Counted from the stretch's first letter, positions 1 to 10,281 are shown. The stretch is 64,000 bases of DNA from an uncultured Gemmatimonadales bacterium (GCA_963729955.1 CAVSQA010000028.1:216755-280754), one strand, 5' to 3'. A program made the numbers and translations. Notes: generated from the sequence alone by a model not told the origin.

Positions 1-598
1 CGTGCAGCAGCCGGGCGTGGGCCAGATAAGTCTTCGGCGACGGCAGGTTGGTCCGATAGAAGCGCGACATCAGGGAACTGGGCACGACGCGCAGCGCGCC
101 GGCCAGGCGCTTCACCGTGCGCAACTCCGGCGCGCGCCGCACCACGATCTCGAAGAACAGCCGGCAGTCGGGCGGGACGCCCGCGATGTCGCGGTCCAAC
201 GCCGCCATCACCTGGGCCGCGACCGGGGAGGACGGCTCGTGCAACAGGTCGCGGAGCCGGCTCCAGCCGGCGGGTACCGACACGTCCACCACCGCGCGCA
301 CGCCGGAAGCCCCGAGACCCAACACCCGGCGAGGGGCTTCGTGATCGAGGCGCGAAATCAGCGCGACGGCCGGGACCTGGGGGAATTCACGGACGAACCG
401 CGCTACCCGTGGAAACGCCGCGTCGTCGCAGCGGTGCACCGAGAGGAAGATGGCGTCCACCCGCTGCCGCCTGACCTGCCGGATCGCGTCGTCGAGCGAG
501 TCGCCGTGCAACGTCACGAAGCAGTCCTGCCCCGCGGCCTCGACGCGGGCGCGCTCTTCCGGCAGCAACACGGTGGCGACGGTAGCGGCGGCTGGCAT
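1..598 (-). CDS. Putative AraC-like HTH transcriptional regulator with receiver-like N-terminus (3' end outside window)
   Basis: Manual translation from ATG at 598 (MPAAATVATVLLPEERARVEAAG...SLMSRFYRTNLPSPKTYLAHARLLH), open to the window edge; GAGGAG RBS upstream; absent from the ORF track. Confidence 0.6.
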   Translation of the reverse strand, partial: MPAAATVATVLLPEERARVEAAGQDCFVTLHGDSLDDAIRQVRRQRVDAIFLSVHRCDDAAFPRVARFVREFPQVPAVALISRLDHEAPRRVLGLGASGVRAVVDVSVPAGWSRLRDLLHEPSSPVAAQVMAALDRDIAGVPPDCRLFFEIVVRRAPELRTVKRLAGALRVVPSSLMSRFYRTNLPSPKTYLAHARLLH

Positions 599-686
599 CG
601 CACTCCTCACTTCGCTCGGTTCGGGCAACACGCTACGCGCGCGCGTCACCGCCCCGTCACCCAACCGCACACGGAGACCTCGGCGT

Positions 687-715
687 TTGTCTCTCCTGGC
701 GGCCCGGGGTATCTT
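687..715 (+). promoter_or_regulatory. sigma70-type promoter of rnpB
   Basis: TTGTCT-17 nt-TATCTT ending just upstream of the RNase P RNA 5' end. Confidence 0.65.
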
Positions 716-720
716 GCAGT

Positions 721-1083
721 GCGGAGTGAGGCGGTCGCGGGCCCAGCACGGGCCTGAGGAAAGTCCGAGCTCCTAGGGCAGGCTGCCAGGTAACGCCTGG
801 GCGCCGCGAGGCGACGGACAGGGCCACAGAAAAGACACCGCCCCGCCCTCGGGCGAGGTAAGGGTGAAATGGTGGGGTAAGAGCCCACCGCGCGCCTGGC
901 AACAGACGCGGCACGGCAACCCCCAGCCGGAGCAAGGCCAAATAGGCGGCGAGGTCCGGCCCGGACCGACAACGCCGGCAACGGCGAGCCGCGGGTAGGC
1001 CGCGCGAGGTGGCGGGCGACCGCCATCCCAGAGAGATGACCGTCCGACCTTCGGGTCGAACAGAACTCGGCTTACGGCTCCGC
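721..1083 (+). ncRNA. rnpB: RNase P RNA, bacterial class A
   Basis: GAGGAAAGTCCG near the 5' end, GGTAAGGGTGAAATGGTGGGGTAAGAGCCCACC, and ACAGAACTCGGCTTA near the 3' end; P1 pairing GCGGAG/CTCCGC. Confidence 0.97.
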
Positions 1084-1192
1084 CGGCGGCGCCGCGAGCG
1101 CCCTTCGGGGAGGCTTGCGGCGCCGCCGCTCGTTCCGCCCCGCCACACCAGTGCCCGGATCGTGAGGCGCTGAACCCGACAAGGAGATGGTC

Positions 1193-2059
1193 ATGAATCG
1201 CCTTCCGCATCTGTGCGCCGCAGCCCTCGCGGTCGCGGCCTGCGCCGGCCACATGGCGCCGTCCACGACCTCGGCCCCGACGCGCGCGACTGTCGCCGCC
1301 CCCGCCGCGGCCGCGCCGGCCGAGCCCACCGTTCTCCGCTACGCACCGGGCGCGGGCCACTATCGCTTCGAGTCGCAGTCGCACATCGAACAGGAAGCAA
1401 TGGGACAGACCACCGCCTTCGACCTCACGACCGGGGTGCTGCTCTCCGTCGCGGTCGCCGACGCGGCCGGGAATCTCGGCGTGGCGATCACCATCGACTC
1501 CCTCGGGATCACGTCGCCGGTGGGCGTGCCCGCCGCAGCGGACCTGGCCGCAGCCAAGGGGCAGGTCGTACGGCTCGTCCTGTCCCCTCAGGGGCAGATG
1601 ATCTCGCTGGCACCGCCGGACAGCGCCAGCGCGGCCGTCCGGCAGGTAGCCCAGGGATTCCGTGAATTCCTGCCGATGTTGCCACCGGGCTCGACCGCGG
1701 CCGGCACGACGTGGACGGACACCTCCTCGATGACGACGCCCTCCCAGGGTGTGGCGGTCACCGTGCACATGACCCGGCAGCACCGGGTGGTGGGCTGGGA
1801 AGACCACGAGGGCACTCGCGCGTTGCACCTGGCTACGACGACCGCCTACTCGCTCACGGGCTCGGGTGAAACGCAGGGCCAGACTGTCGAATTGACCGGC
1901 AGCGGCCAGAGAACCGGGGACGCCTTCGTCACGGCGACCGGCATCTATCTCGGCGGCACGGTCAGCGACAGCTCGCTGGTGAACGCGAACGTCACCAGCG
2001 CCGGCATCGTGGTGCCCGTGCGCAGCAAGACACACAGCAGCTTCACGCGACTGCCGTGA
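1193..2059 (+). CDS. Hypothetical lipoprotein, beta-strand-rich
   Basis: ORF with AAGGAG RBS; lipobox-like LAVAAC. Confidence 0.7.
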   Translation: MNRLPHLCAAALAVAACAGHMAPSTTSAPTRATVAAPAAAAPAEPTVLRYAPGAGHYRFESQSHIEQEAMGQTTAFDLTTGVLLSVAVADAAGNLGVAITIDSLGITSPVGVPAAADLAAAKGQVVRLVLSPQGQMISLAPPDSASAAVRQVAQGFREFLPMLPPGSTAAGTTWTDTSSMTTPSQGVAVTVHMTRQHRVVGWEDHEGTRALHLATTTAYSLTGSGETQGQTVELTGSGQRTGDAFVTATGIYLGGTVSDSSLVNANVTSAGIVVPVRSKTHSSFTRLP

Positions 2060-2889
2060 GGATGCGGCGGGCGCTGGCGCTGGCCGGCGGCCTGACCTGG
2101 TGGGCGACGGCCGGCGTGCAGCCCGGCAGCGCTCAGGTCATGCCCGCCCAACCAGCCCGGTATCTGCTCACGACCGAGGCGTCGGACGCGCGGGCCCTGT
2201 GGGTGAACCCCGCAGGGCTCGCCCGGGTCCTCGAGGCCAGCATCGGCGCCGACGTGACCGAGGACCACTTCTTTCCCGGCGGGACGCGGCTGAGCCAGTA
2301 CGGCCTCTCGCTCGCCGGGCGCGGCGTCGCGGCGGGTTGGATCCACGAGCGCTTCCCGCCGGGGCAGGCGTTGAACGCGTATGCCGTGGGCATCGGCCTC
2401 GGCGACGAGAAGTTCTCCGCCGGCACGACCCGGCGCTGGTACAGCGGCGCGGTCACCGGATCGACCTGGGACGCCGCCACCCGCGTCTCCACGATCGACG
2501 GGACGCAACTCTCGCTCGTCGTGAGGAACATCGGCTCTCCGCGGTTGCTCGACTCCACCTATTGGGCGACCCTCGTGCCCGGCGCGGCGGTGAGCCTGTT
2601 CACGGGGGCGCTGCGAGTGGGCGGCGAGTGGGAGGTCGCGCCCCACACCTGGCGGTCGATTGCCTACCGTGCTGGCGGCGCCGTGGCGCTGGGCCGCAGG
2701 CTCGCCCTCCTGGTGCGCGCCGACCTGACGGCGGGCTTCAAGCGGCGCGGGTTGGTCGTGGCCCTCAGTTTCGACGCGTCGGGAAGTCGCGCCGGGGCGT
2801 TCGCTCTCCTGTCCGGCGACGCCAACGAAGTGGACGCCTTCGGTCTTTCCGGCGCCCTAGTCACCCGCGGCACGCCGCTGCGCCGCTGA
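2056..2889 (+). CDS. Hypothetical exported protein, probably outer-membrane beta-barrel-like
   Basis: Signal peptide, 'NPAGLA' motif common near the N-terminus of barrel proteins, amphipathic strands; coupled to the upstream gene. Confidence 0.55.
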   Translation: MRMRRALALAGGLTWWATAGVQPGSAQVMPAQPARYLLTTEASDARALWVNPAGLARVLEASIGADVTEDHFFPGGTRLSQYGLSLAGRGVAAGWIHERFPPGQALNAYAVGIGLGDEKFSAGTTRRWYSGAVTGSTWDAATRVSTIDGTQLSLVVRNIGSPRLLDSTYWATLVPGAAVSLFTGALRVGGEWEVAPHTWRSIAYRAGGAVALGRRLALLVRADLTAGFKRRGLVVALSFDASGSRAGAFALLSGDANEVDAFGLSGALVTRGTPLRR

Positions 2890-2894
2890 CCGCA

Positions 2895-3848
2895 ATGCCG
2901 CGCGCGCTGCGCCGCCTCGTCATCGCTGGAACGGTGGCGGCCGGTGCCTGCCTGCTGTGGCTGAGCTTCGTCTGGCCGCCGCCGTCGTGGTGGCGGACGC
3001 ACTGGCCCGCGCAGACCGCCTTCATGGCGATGCGCGCACGGCAACAGGGCGCGGGGCGCGAGGCTCTGCCGCGCCGCTATGCGCCGGTGCCCGCCGATTC
3101 CATGAGCCACTGGCTCTCCAAGGCCGCGACCGCGGGAGAAGACGAGGCGTTCTATCTGCATCACGGGATCGACTACCGGGCGGTGCGCGAGGCCATCGGC
3201 TACCGTCGCGCGACGTTTTCCTGGAGTGAACCGAGGGACCGCGCCGAGTTGTGGCGGGCGCTCGGCCGAGCGTGGGCGCGTCGGGACCGGCTGCGCGGCG
3301 CGAGCACGATTACGCAGCAGCTCGCGAAGAACCTCTACCTGTCGCCTTCCCGCAATCCACTGCGCAAGCTCAAGGAAGCCGTGATCGCCTACCGGCTCGA
3401 GTGGGCGCTCGACAAGACCCGGATCATGACGCTGTACCTCAACGTGGCGGAGTTCGGCCCGAATCTCTGGGGCGTCGAAGCCGCCGGCGAGCGCTACTTC
3501 GGCCGGCCCGCCGCGCACCTCTCCGCGGACCAGGCCGCGATGCTCGTCGCCACCCTGCCGCACCCGCTCACCTCGAACCCGTCGTACCGGCCCGGTCGGA
3601 CACGCTGGCGCCAGCAGTTGATTCTCCTCAAGCTCGGCGGAGCGCCCGTCGTCGTGCCTCCGGAGGAAGCCGAGGACACGGTGCCCCTGCTGCCGCCCGC
3701 AGCGATCGACACCGGGGCGGCTGCCGACACCGCCCGCGACACGGTGCCGCCACCGTACGACTCGGCCGCCGTGCCCCCGATCCTACCGGACACGGCGGCC
3801 GTACCGCCGAGGAGCGCGCCGCCTGCGGCGCCGCCGCCCAAGCCCTAG
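2895..3848 (+). CDS. mtgA: Monofunctional biosynthetic peptidoglycan transglycosylase
   Basis: GT51 motifs EDxxFxxHxG, GASTITQQLAKNL, RKLKE, YLN; ATG at 2895. Confidence 0.9.
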   Translation: MPRALRRLVIAGTVAAGACLLWLSFVWPPPSWWRTHWPAQTAFMAMRARQQGAGREALPRRYAPVPADSMSHWLSKAATAGEDEAFYLHHGIDYRAVREAIGYRRATFSWSEPRDRAELWRALGRAWARRDRLRGASTITQQLAKNLYLSPSRNPLRKLKEAVIAYRLEWALDKTRIMTLYLNVAEFGPNLWGVEAAGERYFGRPAAHLSADQAAMLVATLPHPLTSNPSYRPGRTRWRQQLILLKLGGAPVVVPPEEAEDTVPLLPPAAIDTGAAADTARDTVPPPYDSAAVPPILPDTAAVPPRSAPPAAPPPKP

Positions 3849-4959
3849 TCGATCAACCGCAGCGGCATGACCAGGCAGACATACGAAGCCGGGTCGTCCC
3901 AGCCCACCGGCTCCGCCGTCGCGGCACGCTCCGGCGCCTTCAAGCGTGAAGCGCACCTCGTCCGTCGGCATGTACTTCAGGAGCTCGAGCAGGTAGGCGG
4001 CGTTGAACCCGATCTCGAGCGCGTCTCCCTCGTAGGTCACCGCCATCTCGTCCTGCGCCTCGCCGAGGTCCGGCGTCTGCACGCTGAACTTCAGCATCCC
4101 GCCGCCGAAGGCCAGGCGGATCCGGTGCGTCTGGTCGCTCGCGACGATGCTCATCCGCCGCAGCGCGGCCGCCATCGCCACCTTGTCGACCGTCGCGAAC
4201 TTGTCGTTCTCCCGCGGGATCACCTGCTCGTAGTTCGGGTACGGACCCTCGATCAGCCGCGTGAACACCTGGGTGCCGCCGCTGTGAAAGCCGAGGTGGT
4301 TCTCGCTCTTCGCCGATCTCGACCTCGACGTTCTCCGCGAACAGTCGGCGGATCTGCTCGAGCGCCTTGGGAGGCACGATCAGATCGGCCTGGGACGCCC
4401 CCGTGCCCGAGAGCGGAACCTCCATCCGGGCCAGACGGTGACCATTGGTGGCCACCATCCGCATGTGGTCCTTGCGCAGCTCCCAGAGCACGCCGTTGAG
4501 GATCGGTCGACTCTCCTCCGTCGATACCGCGAAGGCCACGTGCCCGATCAGCTTGTGCAGGTCCTTGGCGGGGGCCTTCCAGGCGCCGTCGAACTTCACC
4601 GCCGGAAACGACGGGAACTCGTCGCGCGGCAACCCCAGCAGGCGGAACTTGCTCTTCCCGCACTCGACCTGCGCCCGCTGCTCGCCTGCCGACGTCACGC
4701 GCACCGGCGAGCCGGGCAACTCGCGGGCGATCTCGGAGAGCTTCTTCGCCGGCAGTGTCAGCGCACCTTCTTCGTCCACCTCGGCTGGCACCGTCGTCGA
4801 CACCGCGATGTCGAGATCGGTTCCCGAAAGGCGGATGCCCTCCTTGGTCGCCTCGATCAGGATGTTGGAGAGCACCGGCAGCGTCGTCTTCGTCGGAATG
4901 CTCGAGACGACCGCCAGGAGTCCCTCCTGGAGCTTCTCCCGCGTAATCGTGAACTTCAT
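3845..4959 (-). CDS. dnaN: DNA polymerase III beta clamp (two apparent +1 frameshifts, near 4310 and 3945)
   Basis: MKFTITREKL..., ATNGHRLA, RLIEGPYPNYEQVIP, C-terminus LVMPLRLID; removing two bases restores a 370 aa ORF. Confidence 0.93.
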
Positions 4960-4976
4960 CCAATCCTCATTGGATG

Positions 4977-5196
4977 CGAGTCGGTAAGCCTACTACACTC
5001 CACCTTAAAGAAAGACTAGTAGTAACCGTAGAGCATGTGGAACTGTTCGCTTCGACGCTTAGCGTGCACGGTGACAGCAGCTTGCTGCGATTCTGTCGCG
5101 CTCCTTCATGTGGAAGCGTCAACCACCCACCACAACGGGGTCGCGTCGTCCACACCTACCAACACCGAGCCAACACGCTCCACGAGTTGCCAACGT
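4977..5196. promoter_or_regulatory. oriC: Chromosomal replication origin oriC (dnaA-dnaN intergenic region)
   Basis: Lower-GC intergenic region with degenerate DnaA boxes (TGTGGAACT 5036-5044, TGTGGAAG near 5109, GTCCACA near 5148), TAG trio repeats at 5017-5031 and an adjacent A-rich tract. Confidence 0.75.
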
Positions 5197-6597
5197 CTAG
5201 ACTGCGGACAACTCGGTCCGCGCCTGTGTCACCCGATCACGGAACGTATGATCGCGAGCGAGCTGCCGCGACACCTTGTCGAGACTGTGAATCACTGTCG
5301 AATGGTCCCGCCCGCCGAAGGCCTGCCCGATCTCCACCAGCTGCATGCCGAGCAGATCGCGGGCGAGGTACATCGCGACCTGGCGCGGCACGGTCAGGCG
5401 CTTGGTCCGCGCCTTCGAGCGCAGGCCCTCAGGCGTCACACCCCACCGCCGGGCGACGACCTCCTGGACGCGGTCGATCGACGGCCCACCGCGGCGGCCC
5501 GCCGCATCAGCCCCGGTTTCCTCCGCGGGCTTGATCTTGTCCGAGAGGGCCTCGCGGGCCAGCTCGATGGTGATCTCCCGGTGCTTCAGCGAGGCGAACA
5601 GCAGCAGCTTGATGATGCAGCCCTCGAGCTCGCGCACCGAGCTCCGGACGTGCTCGGCGATGAACTGCAGCACGTCGTCCGGGATGGTGAGCTCGAGGTG
5701 ATCCTGCTCGGCCTTCTTGCGCAGGATGGCCGTGCGGTGCTCGAGGTCGGGCTGGCCGATGTCCGCCACCATGCCCCAGTCGAAGCGGGACACGAGGCGC
5801 ACCTCGAGGCCCGGCAGCTCCTTCGGGGAGCGGTCGCTGGTCAGCACGATCTGCTTGCCGGCCTCGTACAGGGCGTTGAAGGTGTGGAAGAACTCCTCCT
5901 GGGTGGACTCCTTCCGCTCCAGGAAGTGCACGTCGTCCAACAGCAGCAGATCCAGGTCGTTGCGATAGCGGCGCCGGAACTCCGGCATTTTCTGGCCGTG
6001 GATGTGCTCGATTACCTCGTTGGTGAATTGCTCGCCGCTCATGTACACGGCGCGGGTCTGCGGCGAACGCTCCAGCACGGCGTGGGCGATGGCCTGCATC
6101 AGGTGCGTCTTGCCGAGGCCGGTCGCGCCGTAGATGAAGAGGGGGTTGTAGGCCTTGCCGGGAGCCTCGGCCACGGCGTGCGCCGCTGCGGCCGCCAGCT
6201 CGTTCGACTTGCCGATCACGAAGGTGCCGAAGGTGTACCGCTCGTTGAGCGGCATCGACCAGGCGGGCGCCTTGGCGGGCGCGGCACCGGTGGCCGAGGC
6301 CGGCGACGCCACGAAGAAGTCCATCTGCGGACGGCGCGAGCGCTCCTCCATCACCCGGAACGACATCTCCAGGCGCCGGCCCACGACCTGGGTCGAGAGG
6401 TCGGAGAGCAACGCGGCGTAGTTGGACTTGTTCCAGTCCGCAGCGAACTCGTCGGGCGCCGCGAGAACCAGGGTGCCGTTCTCGAGGCCGATCGGCTCAA
6501 CCGGCTCCAGCCAGGATCGGATCGTGGGTTCCGGCAGTCGGCCACGAGCCTGGTCGAGGAGGCGGTTCCAGGTTTCCTTTACTGAAAGCTCCATCAA
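5197..6597 (-). CDS. dnaA: Chromosomal replication initiator DnaA
   Basis: YNPLFIYGATGLGKTHL, QEEFFHTFNALY, GGRDHSTVIH. Confidence 0.98.
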   Translation of the reverse strand: MMELSVKETWNRLLDQARGRLPEPTIRSWLEPVEPIGLENGTLVLAAPDEFAADWNKSNYAALLSDLSTQVVGRRLEMSFRVMEERSRRPQMDFFVASPASATGAAPAKAPAWSMPLNERYTFGTFVIGKSNELAAAAAHAVAEAPGKAYNPLFIYGATGLGKTHLMQAIAHAVLERSPQTRAVYMSGEQFTNEVIEHIHGQKMPEFRRRYRNDLDLLLLDDVHFLERKESTQEEFFHTFNALYEAGKQIVLTSDRSPKELPGLEVRLVSRFDWGMVADIGQPDLEHRTAILRKKAEQDHLELTIPDDVLQFIAEHVRSSVRELEGCIIKLLLFASLKHREITIELAREALSDKIKPAEETGADAAGRRGGPSIDRVQEVVARRWGVTPEGLRSKARTKRLTVPRQVAMYLARDLLGMQLVEIGQAFGGRDHSTVIHSLDKVSRQLARDHTFRDRVTQARTELSAV

Positions 6598-6723
6598 CGC
6601 GGGTCGGAGTTAAGCGGAAGGTCTCAAAGGGCGACCGAACGTACGCCTCGAATGTTGAAAAGTCAACCTTGACCGGCGCCGCCGCGCGCGTGTACGTTTC
6701 GCGGCTTTCCGGAGGCTAAACCC

Positions 6724-6885
6724 GTGGGACCGACGTATCGTCCGCACAACCGTAAACGCCTGAACAAGCACGGCTTCCGGCACCGCATGAAGACGCGCTG
6801 GGGCCGCGCCGTGCTTTCGAGTCGTCGCAAGAAGGGGCGCAAGCGCCTCACTGTCCGGATACCGTCCAAGCATCGGGGCGGTTGA
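6724..6885 (+). CDS. rpmH: 50S ribosomal protein L34
   Basis: Manual translation [44 protein letters not shown]...; divergent from dnaA. Confidence 0.95.
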   Translation: MGPTYRPHNRKRLNKHGFRHRMKTRWGRAVLSSRRKKGRKRLTVRIPSKHRGG

Positions 6886-7241
6886 CGGCCGAACGACTGC
6901 CGAGGTCGTTCCGGATTGGGCGCGCGGCGGAACTGCGCGCGCTGATGACCGAGGGGAAGCGCCGCCGAACGGATCATCTCGATCTGTTCATTCGGCCTTC
7001 CCCTCTTGAGCATTCACGCCTGGCGGTGATCGTGGCGCGTTACGGACATACCGCACCTCAGCGTAATCGACTGCGCCGGCGGCTCCGGGAAATCTGCCGG
7101 CGAGCCGTCCTGCCGGCGTTGCCCGAATCCGCCGACCTGGCGGTGCGTGCCCGGCCGCCCGCGTACGCCGCCACCTTCGACCGTCTGCGAGCCGAACTCG
7201 TAGGGACCTTGTGTCCATCATCGCCCGCGTCGCCGTCTTGA
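6882..7241 (+). CDS. rnpA: Ribonuclease P protein component
   Basis: RNR motif ([11 protein letters not shown]); follows rpmH. Confidence 0.92.
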   Translation: MTAERLPRSFRIGRAAELRALMTEGKRRRTDHLDLFIRPSPLEHSRLAVIVARYGHTAPQRNRLRRRLREICRRAVLPALPESADLAVRARPPAYAATFDRLRAELVGTLCPSSPASPS

Positions 7242-7429
7242 TGGTCCGCGGCTACCAGGTGACGCTCTCGCCGCTCCTGCCCTCGGCGTGTCGTTACCAG
7301 CCGACCTGCTCGGCGTACACCGTCGAAGCCGTCGAGCGCTACGGCGCGATGCGCGGCGGATGGTTGGGCATGCGGCGCATTCTGCGCTGCCACCCGTTCG
7401 CCCGCGGCGGCTACGACCCGGTGCCCTGA
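7211..7429 (+). CDS. yidD: Membrane protein insertion efficiency factor
   Basis: [10 protein letters not shown]...RILRCHPF...GGYDPVP. Confidence 0.95.
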   Translation: MSIIARVAVLMVRGYQVTLSPLLPSACRYQPTCSAYTVEAVERYGAMRGGWLGMRRILRCHPFARGGYDPVP

Positions 7430-7432
7430 TCC

Positions 7433-9088
7433 GTGGAACGCCGACTCGTCGTTGCCATTCTCCTCATGATCGTGGTGGCGGTGGTGCCGTCGCTGTTCCT
7501 GAAGCCGGCCCACCGACCCACGAGTGCCCGCGTCGACACCACTGCCACGCGCGGCGTCGCCGCCCCTGCCGACACGGCGATCGCCCACCCGGCCCCCGCG
7601 CGTCCGGTTCGATCGGCACCGGAACGCGCGGCCGCGCCGGCGGCGGCGGCGGCGCCGGCCGAGACGGTGACGGTCGCCACGGCTTGGGCGCGATACACGC
7701 TGACCACCCTCGGTGCGGCGCTCGAGGCTGCGGAGTTCCCCGAGTACCGATCGTACGCTGGCGCCTCCAAGGGGCAGCCCGTGGAGCTGCTGCGCCCCGG
7801 CGACCGGATGCTGGCGGAGCGGCTGGTGGTGGGGCAGGACACGATCGCGCTCGACAGCGTGTCGTTCGTGTTGGAGCGCTCTTCAGCGGGGCCGACGTTC
7901 CGCGGCCACGTGGGGCCGCTGGACGTGCAGGTGGAGGTGGTCCCGCGTTCCGGAGCTGAGTACCTGCTCGACGTCACGGGCGAGGTGGGGGGGCTGGCCG
8001 GCCAGGGGGCGCTCCTGCTGGTCGGGCTGGGAACCGGATTCGCCAACGTCGAGGCGGACAGCGTCGGCAACTACCGCGCCTACGCCGTGATCGGGCGGCG
8101 CAACGAGCCGGTGAGCCTCGCCTTCTCGAAGCTCAAGCCGGGAGAGACGGCGACGCTCGACGGGCCCTTCGACTGGGTCGCGGTGAAGTCGAAGTACTTC
8201 ATCGGGGCCCTGCTCTCTCCGGACAGCACGCGGCCCACCTTCGGCGGCGCGGTCGCCACGGGCGGCGCCATGAGCGGGCGCTACGAGGTGACCGCGCAAA
8301 CCTGGGCCACCCTCCCGGTGGGGCCGGATGGCCGATTCCGCTACAGCCTCTACCTCGGGCCGCAGGAGTATCGGCAGCTGCGGCGGGTGGGCCGCGGCCT
8401 CGACAAGGCCTCCCCCTACGGCTGGATCTTCAAGCCCATCGTGATGCCGGTCGCGGTGTGGATCACGCAGTTGCTGCTGTGGATGCATCAGCGGCTGTCG
8501 CTGGCCTACGGGTGGGTGCTGATTCTGTTCGGCATCGCGATCCGGCTCGCCCTGTGGCCGCTGAACCAGAAGGCCATGATGAGCTCGGTGGCGATGCAAG
8601 CCGTTCAGCCGCTGATGAAGGAGATCCAGACGCGGCACAAGGACGACCCGCAAAAACTCCAGCAGGAGATGATGAAGCTGTACCGCGAGCACAAGGTGAA
8701 TCCGTTCGGGAGCTGCCTGCCGATGCTGCTGCCCTTCCCGATCCTCCTGGCGCTCTTCTTCGTGTTCGCGAACACGATCGCGTTTCGCGGCGTGTCGTTC
8801 CTGTGGCTCCCCGACCTGTCGCTCAAGGATCCGACCTACGTGATCCCGGTCGTGATGGGCGGATCGATGTGGGCGCTCTCGAAGCTGGGGCAGATGGGGA
8901 TGCCGCCCAATCCGCAGGCGAAGATGATGACGACCGTCATGCCGATCATGATGACGGTGCTATTCCTGAACTTCGCGTCGGGGCTGAACCTGTACTACGC
9001 GGTGTCGAACCTGGTGAGCCTGCCACAGCAGTACATGATCAACAAGGCCCGCCTGCGGGAGATGGCGCGGCGGAAGGGGCCCGCCTAG
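7433..9088 (+). CDS. yidC: Membrane protein insertase YidC
   Basis: YLGP, 'KVNPFGSCLPML', 'FLWLPDLS', 'GLNLYY'; synteny. Confidence 0.96.
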   Translation: MERRLVVAILLMIVVAVVPSLFLKPAHRPTSARVDTTATRGVAAPADTAIAHPAPARPVRSAPERAAAPAAAAAPAETVTVATAWARYTLTTLGAALEAAEFPEYRSYAGASKGQPVELLRPGDRMLAERLVVGQDTIALDSVSFVLERSSAGPTFRGHVGPLDVQVEVVPRSGAEYLLDVTGEVGGLAGQGALLLVGLGTGFANVEADSVGNYRAYAVIGRRNEPVSLAFSKLKPGETATLDGPFDWVAVKSKYFIGALLSPDSTRPTFGGAVATGGAMSGRYEVTAQTWATLPVGPDGRFRYSLYLGPQEYRQLRRVGRGLDKASPYGWIFKPIVMPVAVWITQLLLWMHQRLSLAYGWVLILFGIAIRLALWPLNQKAMMSSVAMQAVQPLMKEIQTRHKDDPQKLQQEMMKLYREHKVNPFGSCLPMLLPFPILLALFFVFANTIAFRGVSFLWLPDLSLKDPTYVIPVVMGGSMWALSKLGQMGMPPNPQAKMMTTVMPIMMTVLFLNFASGLNLYYAVSNLVSLPQQYMINKARLREMARRKGPA

Positions 9089-9285
9089 CCGCGGGACTCC
9101 AGCGTCTCGGTGGCCGCGCGCCACACCTCGTCGGCCAGCCACTCCAGGCGCTCCTCGGCGTACTCCAAGTCCTGCTTGCTCATCGTCTGCACGTTCCGCG
9201 CGACGTAGCGGACGTGCTCGACGAGCTCGTCCAGCACTTCCCGCAGCTCGCGGTTGACCCGTCGCTCCCCGCCCCCGTAGCTCAC
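9085..9285 (-). CDS. Small helical hypothetical protein
   Basis: 66 aa from GTG overlapping the upstream stop; coiled-coil-like VNRELREVLDELVEH... Confidence 0.55.
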   Translation of the reverse strand: MSYGGGERRVNRELREVLDELVEHVRYVARNVQTMSKQDLEYAEERLEWLADEVWRAATETLESRG

Positions 9286-10232
9286 GCCCCCACCGCCCGG
9301 CCGGCGGCCTGGCGGGTCAGGGCCGCCGAGAAATCGGCGGCGGGGGCGCGGACCGCCGCCGCCACGCCGCGCTCGGCGACCAGCGCCTCGGCCATGCGCG
9401 CGCCGATGTAATAGCCGGAGCGCTCGGGAAGCACCCGGCCCTGGACCAAGCGCGCCGCCGGGCTCATCCCGCCGCTCAAGTAGCGCAGCCTGAGGCCGAG
9501 GCCGGCGCGGTCGAGGTCGGGCTCCACCGCCCGGAACAGAAACGCCTCGAGCTCCCGCATCCGGCGATACTGGCGGCGGGTGAAGCCGAAGTACTCCTCG
9601 TCGGCGAAGCCCGGTGCGGCGGCCCGCGCCGCGTGGACGGCCATGCCCTCGTTCAGCAACAGCTCGCGCAGCGTCGCCCGGCTGCCCGTCTCCCAATAGT
9701 CGTAGGTGCCGCCGGCCTCGGCCACGAGGCGCTTCAGCTCGGAGCGACTGGTCGGCGACGTGTAGCGCACCGTATGGGCGACTTCGTGGGCGATCCACAG
9801 CGGCATCAGCTGCGGCGAGAGTCCGAGGCCGTACGTGTCGGGGTTGGGCTGGCCGGTGAAGTGCTCCACGCACACGATCACCATGCCACGTCCGCCGACC
9901 ACCAGCTCCGCGGCGTTCGCGGCGCCCACCCCCACCGTGAGATAGAGGTCGACGTCATGATCCAGCTCGAGCACCGTCGCGGCGCGATCGAGGACGTCAG
10001 CGGCCATCCGCTCGAGGTCCACCGACGCCATCAGTCGGCGCAGGTCGTCCCGGTCGGCGGCCAGCGCGCGGGCGACGACCTCCGCCGTGTGCGGCGAGTC
10101 GAGGTCCAGCACGTAGTTGTGCCAATACGCCGCGAGCACCGGGCGATGTCGTTCGAGGTACGCGTGGTAGGCAGCCTCACGCCCGGAGGACGCGTGAACT
10201 GCGAGGAACTCGGGGATGAGGTTGATGATCAT
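9282..10232 (-). CDS. Putative Zn-dependent protease (DUF2268-like)
   Basis: HEVAH zincin motif, downstream NEGMA glutamate and GYYIG. Confidence 0.7.
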   Translation of the reverse strand: MIINLIPEFLAVHASSGREAAYHAYLERHRPVLAAYWHNYVLDLDSPHTAEVVARALAADRDDLRRLMASVDLERMAADVLDRAATVLELDHDVDLYLTVGVGAANAAELVVGGRGMVIVCVEHFTGQPNPDTYGLGLSPQLMPLWIAHEVAHTVRYTSPTSRSELKRLVAEAGGTYDYWETGSRATLRELLLNEGMAVHAARAAAPGFADEEYFGFTRRQYRRMRELEAFLFRAVEPDLDRAGLGLRLRYLSGGMSPAARLVQGRVLPERSGYYIGARMAEALVAERGVAAAVRAPAADFSAALTRQAAGRAVGA

Positions 10233-10281
10233 CGTGGCGGCCGCACCAATTTGGAGCGTGCGGGCGCGCTGGACAAGAGCG

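Noticed and set aside
3940-4320. Programmed ribosomal frameshifting in dnaN
   Set aside because: No slippery heptamer at either site, and similar indels are scattered across the window
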